From: Vicugna vicugna
Taxonomy: Eukaryota
Assembly (NCBI GenBank): GCA_013265495.1
Contig: MU058009.1
Coordinates: 2,908,161-2,928,160, forward strand
DNA length: 20,000 bases
Direction: 5' to 3'
Below the pieces are notes generated by a model that had not been told where the DNA came from, did no database searches, and saw only the letters and a list, made by a program, of their open reading frames with translations. Each line of letters starts with the position of its first letter. Within the stretch, counting starts at the first letter, position 1. Of this stretch, positions 1-9,900 are shown one piece after another. The translations under genes were made by a program, and so were the position numbers.

Positions 1-520
1 AGCACTTTCCTCTTCTGCTTCAGAGGCGAGCTGGCTGCTGCCTGGCAGCGGGGGCTGCGGGTGCGGAGGGGTCAGCCCCGCGCTTCCCGCCCAGCCGCCC
101 CGGCTCTGGTGGTCCGCGGGCCCCTTATTTGCGCTAACCCGGGTGGCGTGAGATTGCATCAGAGCCCCCAGACTCGGCGTGGTGCATCCCCTGGTTCTTA
201 CAAATTTGGCCCCGGGAGGGAGGCTGCCGGGAGTTCACCCATCTCTAAGGACCTCCTGACTCCCCGGTCACAACTGTTCCCCTCCCGCCCTGCTGTCGGC
301 CTCCTCCGTTCCAGCATCTGTGCAGCTCCTGGCTCCTCCTCGCGAGGCCGCCCCTCTCCCCTCTGAACTCGAGTTTCTAACTCACATGTCTGCATGCCGA
401 GAGGTCTTGGCTGAACAGGAACGTTGTGCCTGCGGTTCTCGGTTCCTGCTCCTTCTCTTTCCTTCGTCGCGTCCTAGACCCACCAGGCCTGGGGCCAACG
501 CCACCTTCTCCCTCCCCAAC
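1..520. promoter_or_regulatory. CpG-island-like GC-rich segment, probably the downstream edge of a promoter CpG island
   Basis: About 30 CpGs by hand count in the first 480 bp with high GC. CpG density falls off after ~750 and the segment contains no repeats. Confidence 0.65.
153..161 (-). promoter_or_regulatory. C/EBP-ATF composite (CARE/AARE) motif, candidate ATF4 site
   Basis: ATTGCATCA on + (TGATGCAAT on -) matches the CARE core exactly and lies in the CpG-rich region. Motif match only. Confidence 0.4.
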
Positions 521-727
521 TCCAGGGAGGGTCAGAGCCCCTGGTGCCCCCCACCTCCACTGAGGATCAAAGTTTCTTATTGCAGCCAACGAGGGAGCTG
601 AGGCCAGCTCTCCAAGGCCCACCACTGGATTGGGAACAACAGCTCATTGTTTGAGATGCTTTTAGGAACACTCGGAGTCCACCCGGTGCCCTCAGCCAGG
701 ACTCGGGACCAGGCCTGCGAGTGAACT

Positions 728-764
728 CCGGAAGGCCACGTGGGGCTTTGTGGGGCTGAGTCAC
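728..764. promoter_or_regulatory. Compact TF motif cluster: ETS, E-box, AP-1/ARE
   Basis: CCGGAAG at 728-734, CACGTG at 737-742, GCTGAGTCAC at 755-764 (reverse complement GTGACTCAGC fits RTGAYnnnGC and contains TGAGTCA). Confidence 0.4.
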
Positions 765-859
765 AGCAGCAGAGTGAATAGTGGGTAACCATGCGGAGAG
801 CTTTACAGGGCCACAGCCAGACTCTTGCAGTATAAACTGCAACTGCTCCTAGGTTGAAA

Positions 860-1020
860 CATTTTTTCTTTTTAAACAGGGGAGCTTTCAAACACACAAA
901 AGCAGAGTGAATAGAACACCGAAAGCCCAGATACCTGGTCACCCACATTCAAGAAGCTCTGACTTCTTGTCGCTTTTGTCTCCTCAGCCCCCCACTTCTC
1001 ACCTCTCACTTCGCAGCACT
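860..1020 (-). mobile_element. Old LINE-1 3' end fragment (L1ME/L1MC-like)
   Basis: T-rich tail followed by 'tttcaaacacacaaaagcagagtgaatagaacacc...cccagatacctggtcacccac', resembling the antisense 3' end of old L1M families. Confidence 0.6.
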
Positions 1021-1391
1021 CTTCTCTTTAACTTGCAAACAGTTGATGACTTTTTAGATGAATCTGGCACATGCCCTTCTGCCACTAGCATGGTTTATTG
1101 TCATGGTTTTATTTTTTACACTCAGATGAGTTGGTCTGTTTTAATAGCTTAATTCAATGGCATTTTTTTTTTTTTGTCAGAAAGAACAGCCCAACCTCAT
1201 GCCAAATGGGAAACTGCTGTTTTAGGCAGGCTTTTCCTACACCCAATCAGACAGCATTAAATAATGATGTGACTGGCTGATTACGCAGCTGCTTGGGGTT
1301 TAGGGGTGAGCTGGGGGCTGGCTCTTTACGGGAGCCCTTTCCAATCCTCCCCCAGGAGCTGAGCCTCCCTGGGTTAGAGGCCCGTCCACAG

Positions 1392-1528
1392 CTGTGCTGG
1401 TTTGGGAAGGGGACAATTGAAGATGTTGTCCACAATGTCATTAATCCGCTTTTTAAAAGGAACGATCCCCTAATTCCCGCAAAAGGCTGGAAATAAGCCC
1501 GAAAAGAGATGATTTTTCCCAATATCAG
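1392..1528 (+). other. Candidate exon (5' UTR or alternative first exon) of an unidentified host gene
   Basis: Good donor CAG|GTATGA at 1528/1529. The acceptor 'gtccacag|' at 1391 is weak, so the 5' boundary is uncertain. Non-repetitive sequence. Confidence 0.2.
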
Positions 1529-1839
1529 GTATGAGCTTTGTTTCTGACACTGAGAACTAAGAACACTATTGCATTTTGCTTTTTGCCTTGGCTACCAGGA
1601 AGCTTAGCACTCAATTCAGAGCCTGATTGCAGTGCCTATTTCACCTACGGTTCCAGTTAACTTATCTCCCCCATTTCCTCTGTGCATTTCCAATTTCTCA
1701 CCTTTATCTTTATGTGCCTGGGGCATAGGGGTTTTATTGCACCCAACCTTCAATTTCATTCCTTTGACATTAGGAGTGGTAGAAATAAAAAAACAAGAGC
1801 AAACAGTGCAACTGCACTTTCCCTGTGATCCTTGTCCAG

Positions 1840-1868
1840 AGAGCCTTCTTTGTGGTTGGCGGGAGATG
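1840..1868 (+). other. Candidate 29-nt micro-exon ending in ATG
   Basis: Acceptor 'cactttccctgtgatccttgtccag|' (AG at 1838-1839) and donor ATG|GTAAGC (GT at 1869-1870). Confidence 0.25.
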
Positions 1869-1989
1869 GTAAGCGCCGAGCCCCCACCAGACCTTATACC
1901 CATGCAGTGTCCTTACACTGTGTAGGTTATGGTTTCTACTTTTAAACAGGCTTCCTCCTCTTGAGCAAATTGTTTCACTTTGTCCTTGA

Positions 1990-2280
1990 TTTATTCTTTC
2001 AGCAAATACTCTCTGTCCGCTTTCCCTGTGTCGTACTAGACACTATGGATGAACAAACTGTAAAGCAAACCTTTGTGCTTCAGGAATTTATGCTTTAATG
2101 GGGAGTATCAAATATGTTCCTGTAACTATAACACAAGATAACAGCTGTGGGAGTGTTTTAGAAAAAGCGTTTAGGGGTTGAGAGGAGGAAGAAGTTATCT
2201 GAAGATGATCAAGGGCAGACTTTGTGTAGATTGTTGGCATTTAAGCTGATTCTTGAAGGTCAGGGAAGGTGTAGACAAAG
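1990..2280 (-). mobile_element. LINE-2 3' end relic
   Basis: 'ttattctttcagcaaatact...ctgtgtcgtactagacactatggat...tgtgcttcaggaatttatgctttaatggggag...gcatttaagctgattcttgaagg' follows the antisense L2 3' end pattern. Confidence 0.7.
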
Positions 2281-2294
2281 AACCTTCTATCTGC

Positions 2295-2370
2295 TCTCAC
2301 CTCCGCGTTACAGAGGATGAAATCACACAGAGAGGAAGCGATCCTCCCGCACCCCCCAGTTAGAGGTTCC
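2295..2370 (-). mobile_element. MIR core fragment
   Basis: 'ttacagaggatgaaatcacacagagaggaagcgatc' resembles the antisense MIR core (ttacagatgaggaaactgaggcacagagaggttaagt). Confidence 0.55.
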
Positions 2371-2779
2371 TGCTGTTGTCATCGCCCCGCCTGCCTGCCT
2401 GCGTTGAAGCTGCTCCTGTGATTTTAGGACCCCTGAAGACTGGATTATTTGTTCTTAGGTGACAACTGTTTAATTAATGGTATTTAAACTGCAACAGCCC
2501 AAGCCTTGGTATTTGGGCAGTGCTTTGTTGTTTTTTTTTTAAATTAATTTATTAATTTATAATTTACAAGGGACAAAACCTGATCTTGAGCTAACTTAGG
2601 GTAAAAAGTGGGAATGCATGGGGGCCACTGAAGTATCTCAGATAATTTAAGGAAGAGTTTCAGAACTAGCTGGAACCCAGGGACAACTGGGACCAGGCAG
2701 GACATGTCACAAGGAAGCCACTCTTTAATCCACGGTTCTGTGAGTGTCAGCCTACCTCCCCCCAACCCCGCCCTCCCAA

Positions 2780-2975
2780 GCCTATGCCCATCCTTCAAGG
2801 CTGAGCTTGAATGAGCGACTTGGGCTCATGGGTGTTTTGAGCCCACGGATGTTGTCCCTTGCTCTGGTCTGATGTAGAACTTATTCTTTGTCTGGCTCCT
2901 TTGAAAGCAATTGTTTGTACCTTCTTCCTTCAGCCCAATGCCCCTCACAGTTCCTGAGGGAGAACTGGCTTAATG
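2780..2975 (+). mobile_element. Highly degenerate LINE-2 fragment
   Basis: 'cctatgcccatccttcaaggctgagcttgaatg' resembles L2 'cctactcatccttcaagactcagctcaaatg'. Later 'ttgtttgtaccttcttcc...cacagttcctg'. Confidence 0.4.
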
Positions 2976-3090
2976 TGGTTCTTTGGACAAAGTCAAGGCA
3001 GCTCTGACAGCGGGTGTTCTGCATCCTCCACCACCGTGACTTTGGGGTGGACGCACCTCATTCCATTTCTGGATCTCTCCAGCTCTCCTT

Positions 3091-3585
3091 TTGTTATTTT
3101 TATAATTAAAATTTCTATTTTGAGATAACTTAGATTTCAGGCAGTTATAAGAAATCATACAGAGCGAGCCCACATGCCCTTTACCCAGTTTCCCCAGTGG
3201 TGACATCTTGCAAAACTATGCTACAGTGTCACGACCAAGATACTGATGGTGATACAGAATGTGTCCGTCATCACCAAGTATCCTCATGCTGCCCTTTGAC
3301 AGTGACTTTCCTCACACTCTCACCCACTCCTTAACCACCCCCACCCCCGGCAACCGCTAGTCAGCAGTTTGTTCCTCTTTATTGCTGAGTTGTATTCCGT
3401 GGTATGGCTGTGCCACAGTTTGTTTCAGCATCTGGGCTGTTCTAAGTTTTGGGCTGTTCTAAGTTTTGGGCTAAAATGAAAAACCTGGCTGTAAACATTT
3501 GTGCACAGGTTTTTTTCTGACATGTCTTTATTTGTCTGGGATAAATGCTAAGAATTGCAACTCCTAGGTTTATGATAGTTGCATT
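3091..3585 (-). mobile_element. LINE-1 L1MD-like 3' end (left part of the host element)
   Basis: T-rich tail then 'cccagtttccccagtggtgacatcttgcaaaactatg...tcacgaccaagatactgat...ggcaaccgcta...attgctgagttgtattcc'. Preceded by TSD copy TCCAGCTCTC at 3078-3087. Confidence 0.85.
3433..3472. repeat. Perfect 17-bp tandem duplication (GGGCTGTTCTAAGTTTT x ~2.3)
   Basis: Units at 3434-3450 and 3451-3467 are identical, followed by GGGCT. Confidence 0.95.
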
Positions 3586-6500
3586 TAAAAAAAATTAGAC
3601 ATACTTTAAAAATTAGGTTTTTTAAAGAACAGTAATAGGTTCACAGCAAAATTGAGCAAAAGGTGCAGAGATTTCTCACTCACCCCCTGCCCCCTCATAC
3701 ACACAGCTTCCCCCACTATCAGTGAACCTACGTGACATGTCATTATCGCCCACAGTCCATGGTTTACATTAGAGTTTACTCTTGGTGTTGTACATTCTAT
3801 GAGTTTTGACAAACTTGTAATGACATAGATCCATCATTGTAGTATCACACGTAATAGCCTCAATGCCCTAAAAATCCTCTGTGTTCCACCTCTTCTTCCT
3901 TCCTTACCACCACTGATCTTTTTATTGTCTTCATAGTTTTACCTTTTCCAGGATGTCATATAGTTGGAATCAGACAGTCTGTAGGCTTTTCAGATTGACT
4001 TTTGTCACTTAGTAATATTCATTTAAGTTTGCCCTATGTGTTTTCTTGGCTTGATAACGCATTCATTTTCACTGCTGTATAATATTCCAGTGTCTGGATG
4101 TACCACCGTTTATATGACCATTCGCCTACTGAAAGACTTAGTTGCTTCCAAGTTTTGGCAATTACGAATAAGGCTGCTATAAACATTCATATGCAGGTTT
4201 ATGTGTATGTATAAGTTGTTTAGTAAATACCAAGGAGTGTAGTTGCTTGATCATATGGTAAAGTATATCGGTTTTTGTCACACATTTTTGACATTCTGTT
4301 GGTAGGTTCATTCACATTAAGGATTGTTGTATCTTGTTGGAAGACTGACCCCTGTATCATTATGTAATGCTCCTCTTCATCCCTGGTTACTTTCCTTTCT
4401 CTGAAGTCTGGTCTCTCTGAAATTAGTATAGCTACTCCCACTTTCTTGTGAATAGTGTTAGGATGATGTACCTTTCTTTACTCATTTACTTTTGACCTAT
4501 ATGTGTCTTTATGCTGAAAGTGGGTTTCTTATAGACAATGTACAGCTGGGTCTTTTTTTTTTTTGATCCACTGTGACAACCTCTATGTCTTTTAACGGAT
4601 ATATTTAAACCACTGACATTTAAAGTGATTATTGACATGGTTGGATTAATATCTACCACCTTTGTTACTGTTTTCTATTTGTTGCCCTTGTCTTTGTTCC
4701 TATTTTTTTCTTCCACTCCTTTCCTGTCTTTTGTGGTTTTAATTGAGCATTTTGTGATTCTGTTTTCTCTCCCTTCTTAGCATATCAGTTATACTTTTTT
4801 TTAAAACTTCTTTCAGTAGTAGCCCTAAGTCTGAAATATACATTAACCATTAATCCAAGTCCACTTTCAAATAACATTATATGTCTTCACAGGTACTATA
4901 AGTACCTTATAATAACAAAATAATCCTAATTACACTCCCATTCATCCCTTGTACCATTGCTGCCATTCAATTTGCTTATATATGAGCATAAATAAATACA
5001 CACACACACACACACACACGCGCATACACAATTGAATGCATTGTTGCTGTTATTATTTTGAACAAACTGTTATCTGTTAGATCAATTAAGAATAAGAAAA
5101 ATTAAAGTTTTTATTTTACCTTTACTAATTTCTTCTCCAGTGCTCTTCCTTTCTCTATGTCGATGCAGGTTTTTGACCTATTCGTTTTCCTATTCTCTGA
5201 TGAACTTCTTCTAATGTTTATTTCAAGGCAGGTCTAGAAACAAATTTCCTCAATTTCTGTTTGTCTGAAGAAGTCTTTATTTCTTCTTTACTTTCGAAGG
5301 ATAATTTCACAGAATATAGAACTCTAGGTTGGTCGTTTTTTTCTTTCAATACTTTAAATATTTTACTTCATCCTCTTTCTTACTTGCCTGGTTTCTGCTG
5401 AGGAGAAGTCAAATATAATTATTATCTTTGCCCTTCTAAAGGTAAGGTATTTTTAAACCATGTCTTTTGACATTTTTTTTAAATCTTCGATTTTCTGTAG
5501 TTTGAATATAACACACCTAAGTGTCTTTTTTGTTTGTTTGTTTTTGCATTTATCTTACTTGGTGTTCTCTGAGCTTTCTGGATCTGTGGTTTAATGTCAT
5601 TAATTTTAGGGTAAAAATCTCAGTAATTATTGCTTCAAATATTTCTTCTGTTTGTTTTTCTTTTCCTTCTGGTATTTTCATTACATGTAGGTTATACTTT
5701 TTGTAGGTGTCCTACAGTTCTTGGATATTCTGTTTATTTTTCCCCCAGTGTTTTTTTTTTTCCTCTTTGCTTTTCAGTTTCGGAACTTTCTACTGAACTA
5801 GCCTCAAGTGATTTTTTTCCCTTAGCCATGTCCAGTCTACTGCTGAGCCCATCAAGGCATTCTTCATTTCTGTTACAGTGTTTTTGATTTTTGTCATTAC
5901 TTTTTCCTTCTTCCTTAGAATGTCCACCTCTCTGCTCACATTGCCTGTCTGTTCTTGCATGCTGTCTACCTTATCCACTAGCACTTTTAGTATATTTTAA
6001 ATTCTGTTTTAAATTCCTGGTCTGATAATTCCGGAACTCTTGCCATATCTGAGCCTGGTTCTGGTGCTTGCTCTGTCTCTTCATATCGTGTTTTTTGCCT
6101 TTTAGCATGCCTTATAATTTTTTTCTTGATAGTTGCACATGATGTACTGGGTAAAAGAAACTAATAAATAGTCCTTGAGTAATGTGACGGTACTGTGTTG
6201 GGGTGGGATGCTTCTATAGTCCTAAGATTAGATCTCAGTCTTTTAGTGAGCCTGTGTCTCTGAAATGTGAACCGTACACATGCTTCTGAGTTTTTTTCAT
6301 CTCCTTGGGTGATCGGGTAGCTGGAAGGGGTTGGGGGTGTGTGTTTCCCTCCTTCTACACGGAAGGCTAGGAAGGACTGAAGGCGGGTATTTCCTGTCCC
6401 CCCCAGGTGGATCAGGCTGGGAAAATCCTCCGCAGTTTCACCTCTAATAACATAGATTCCCTTGAGGGCAGGCCTTGGGAAGAAGAATGCTCTGGTGAAT

Positions 6501-6914
6501 TTCCAAATGGCTCATTTTCTCCTCTCCCTGCTGGAAGCACAAGGGGACTTTTGTTTAATATCCCCTGTGAGAATGGGGAGGTAAAACTCACAAGAGTGTG
6601 GGAGTCCCCACGCAGGTGACTCTTACATCTGCCCACAGTGAGCCTCCAGCAATTTATTAATTACAGTTTAGATTTTTTTTTTTCCCGGTCCCGATTACTG
6701 GTTCCCACAGAAGTTTCTGCTCCTGGGTTTCTGCTCTGGGAAATGGTGATTCTCTGTACTTGTCTGTCCATCTCTCCAATTTTGGAGGCAGTAGTTTGCT
6801 CTGATGGATCTAAGAAGAGTTGTTGATCTTTCAGAATTTTAAGACTTTTGCTTATGGTTGGGACAAAGTGCTGACTTGTAAGCTCTTTATTTGCTGAGCT
6901 GGAAACCAGAAGTC
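3586..6914 (-). mobile_element. Nested LINE-1 (L1MC1-type 3' end, L1MCa-type 5' end) with most of ORF2 deleted
   Basis: 3' UTR ~3586-4265 ('aggttcacagcaaaattgagc...cttggtgttgtacattctatgag'). Abrupt jump to the endonuclease domain at ~4270 (ORF 4220-4441: GVAILISERPDF...EEHYIMIQGSVFQQDTTILNV). ORF1 coiled-coil remnant (ORF 5790-5984: KVDSMQEQTGNVSREVDILRK...IKNTVTEMKNA). 5' terminus 'ctggaaaccagaagtc' ends at 6914. Confidence 0.9.
4998..5019. repeat. (AC)n microsatellite inside the L1 inter-ORF region
   Basis: About 11 AC units followed by gcgcatacaca. Confidence 0.95.
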
Positions 6915-9900
6915 AGTCTTGGCTTTTTTCATTCAAGATAATTCTTTGGCAATTCATCCAGGGAGTTGTGTGTATAAATAGCTTGTTTTTCTTCACTTCT
7001 GAGGAGTATCCTATGGTACGAATGTGACACATTAATTCAACATTCATCCACTGAAGGGCATCTGGGCTGTTTCAGGTTTTTGGCTATAATGAAAAAAGCT
7101 GCTGTAAACATTTGTGTATAGGTTTCTGTGTGAAAATGTCATTTATCTGGGATAATTCTCAGGAGTGCAATTGCTGGGTCATAAGTTAGTTGCATGTTTA
7201 GTTCTTTTTAAGAAATTGCTCAACTGTTTTCCAGAATGGTTGTACCATTTCATATTCCCGCCAGTCATGTGTGAGTGATCTTGTTTCTCCTGTCTTTATT
7301 GTTTACTTTAGCCACTCTGATAGATGTGTGGTGGTAGCGCCTATGGTTTTGATTTGCATTTCCTTAATGGCTAATAATTTCGAACATCTTTTCATGTGCT
7401 CATTTGCCATCTTTATATCCTCTTTGGATAGGTCTCCTCATGTCCTTTGCTCACTTTCTAATTGGATTGTTTAGTTTTCTACTGAGTTCTGAATGTTCTT
7501 TATATATTCTAGATACTAGTCCTCTGTATGTGGTTGGAAAATATGACCTCCCAGTTTGTGGACCTCTTAATAGGGTCTTCTGCAGAGCAAACGTTTTTAA
7601 TTTTGATGAAATCTGATTTATCATTTTTCCTTTTGTGGATTGTGATTTTGGTGTCATGTCTAGGGACTCTTTGCCTAGCCCTATATCCCAAACATTTTCT
7701 CCTATTTTTTTTAAAAAGGTTTTATATAATTTTACTTCATCCTCTTCTTGCTTGCGTGGTTTCTGCTGAGGACAAGTCAGATATAATTATTATCTCGGCT
7801 CCTTTAAAGGTAAAGTATTTTAAAACCCTGTCTTCTTTTGACATGTTTAAACTGGTTTCATATTTAAGTCCATGATCCATTCTGAGTGATTTTTTAGAAT
7901 AAGGTGTAAGACTTGGATTGAGGTTCGTTTTGTTGCCTCTGAGTGTCCAGTTATTCCAGCACCATTTATTGAAAAGGCTGTGCTTTCCTCAATGAATTGC
8001 TTTTGCATCTTTATCAGTAATCAATTTGACCTTTTTGTGTGGATCCATTTCTGGGTTCTCTATTCTGTTGCATTGATCTATATAGTTTTCTCTCGGCCAG
8101 TGCACACAGTTTTTATTACTGTAGCTATGTAATATCTTGAAATTGGGCAGATCATTTCCTCTTTCTTATTCCTCTTTTCCAAAATTTCTTTTAGCTATTC
8201 TAGTTTGTTTGCCTTCCCGTTTAAATTTTGGAATAAACTTGTCTCCAGCTGCAAAAATCCTTGATGGCATTTTGATAAGAATTATGTTAAATCTGAATAT
8301 AATTTTGAGGAGAATTGACGTCTTTGCTATGTTGAGCCTTCCAATCCATGAGCATAGTATGTCTTTCCATTTATTTAGGTATTCTTTCTTTCATCAGCAT
8401 TTTGTAGTTTTTAGCATAAAAATTCGATACATGTTTTGTTAGATTTACACTTAAGTGTTTAATTTTTTTCAGGTATTGTAAATAATATTGTATTTGTACT
8501 TTTAGTATCTATGTGTTCATTGCTAGCATATAGATAAATTATTCAGTTTAAAATGTTTATCTTGTACCTGGTAAGCTTGCTGAACTCACTCAATTCTAGG
8601 ACTTTAAAAAAATAGCTTCCTTGAGATTTCCTACATATATAATAATGGTATCTGAAAATAGGGACAGTTATATGTCTTCATTTTGGATGTATATGCCTTT
8701 TATTTCCTTTTCTTCCCTTATCACACTGGCTAGAACCTTCAGCACTATGCGGAATAAGAGCAGTGAGGGCAGACACCCTTGTTTTGTTCCCAACTTGGAG
8801 GTGGTGGGTAGCATTATTTATTTCACCATTAAGTATATTGGCTGTAGGTGTTTGTAGATGTTCTTTATCAGATTGAGGATGATCCTTCTATTCCTAGTTT
8901 TCAGAGAGTTTTTAACCATAAATAGGTCATGAATTTTGTCAAATGCTTTTCCTGCACTGACTGATACCCATCATGAGCTGTTTCTTCTGCAGCCTGTTAC
9001 CTGGTGGGTGACACCGACTGTGAATTGAATCATCCTTGCATACCTGGAAGACACCTTATTAAATTGCACACCTAGTCAAGTCAGTAATTCATTAATGTAT
9101 TGGGAAACTCTGTTTGCTCACATTTTGTTGAGGATTTTGGTGTTATTTTCGTGAGGGATGCTGATGTGTTTTCTTTCACTGTATTGTCTTTAGTATCAGG
9201 ATAATGCTAACTTTATTAAAGAAATTGAGAAGTGTTTTCTTCTCTTCTATTCTCTGGAAGAGATTTATATAGAATTGGTGTTAATTTTTCTTTAAGTAGC
9301 ATTCTCTAGGAACCCATTTGGGCCCAGAGATTTCTTTCTGGGGATTTAAAAAATTCTAAAATTCTTAATAGTTAAGGGCTATGCAAAGTGTCTTTCATTT
9401 TGAGTGAGTTGTGATAGTTTGTGTTTCTCAAGAAATTAGGCTCCTTCATTTAAGTTGTTTAATTTTCGTATGCAGAGCTGTTCATAGTATTCCCTTCTCC
9501 TCATGGTGTCTCTGAGATGTGTCATGTTATCCTCTATTTCATTCTTAATGTTATTCATTTACATCTTCTCTCTTTTTGTCAGTCTTCTTCGAGGTTTGCC
9601 ATTTTTTATTGATCATTTCAAAGAAGTAGTTTTTTATTTCACTGATTTTTTTCCCCCTACTGTTTATCAGTTTTCAACTTCAATGATTTCTGCTTTTCTC
9701 TTTGTTTCCTTCCTTCCACTTTCTTTGGATTTATTTGTTCTTTTTCTAGGTTATTGAGGTGGGAGCTTAGATCATAGATTTGAGACTTATTCTGTTTTCT
9801 AGTGTATCGTTTAGTCCCATAAATTTCTCTCAAAGCAGTGCTTTATCTGAGTCCCACAAGTGTCGACATGTCGTGTTATCATTTTCATCCAGTGCAGTGT

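Noticed and set aside
1784..1789. AATAAA polyadenylation signal
   Set aside because: Part of an A-run, with no evidence of a terminal exon.
2530..2568. AT-rich ATTAATTT repeats
   Set aside because: Short low-complexity sequence next to a T-run. Homeodomain-like motifs are expected by chance.
4220..4441. Endonuclease-like ORF as a domesticated gene
   Set aside because: A short decayed L1 ORF2 remnant truncated by a deletion, with frameshifts in the flanks.
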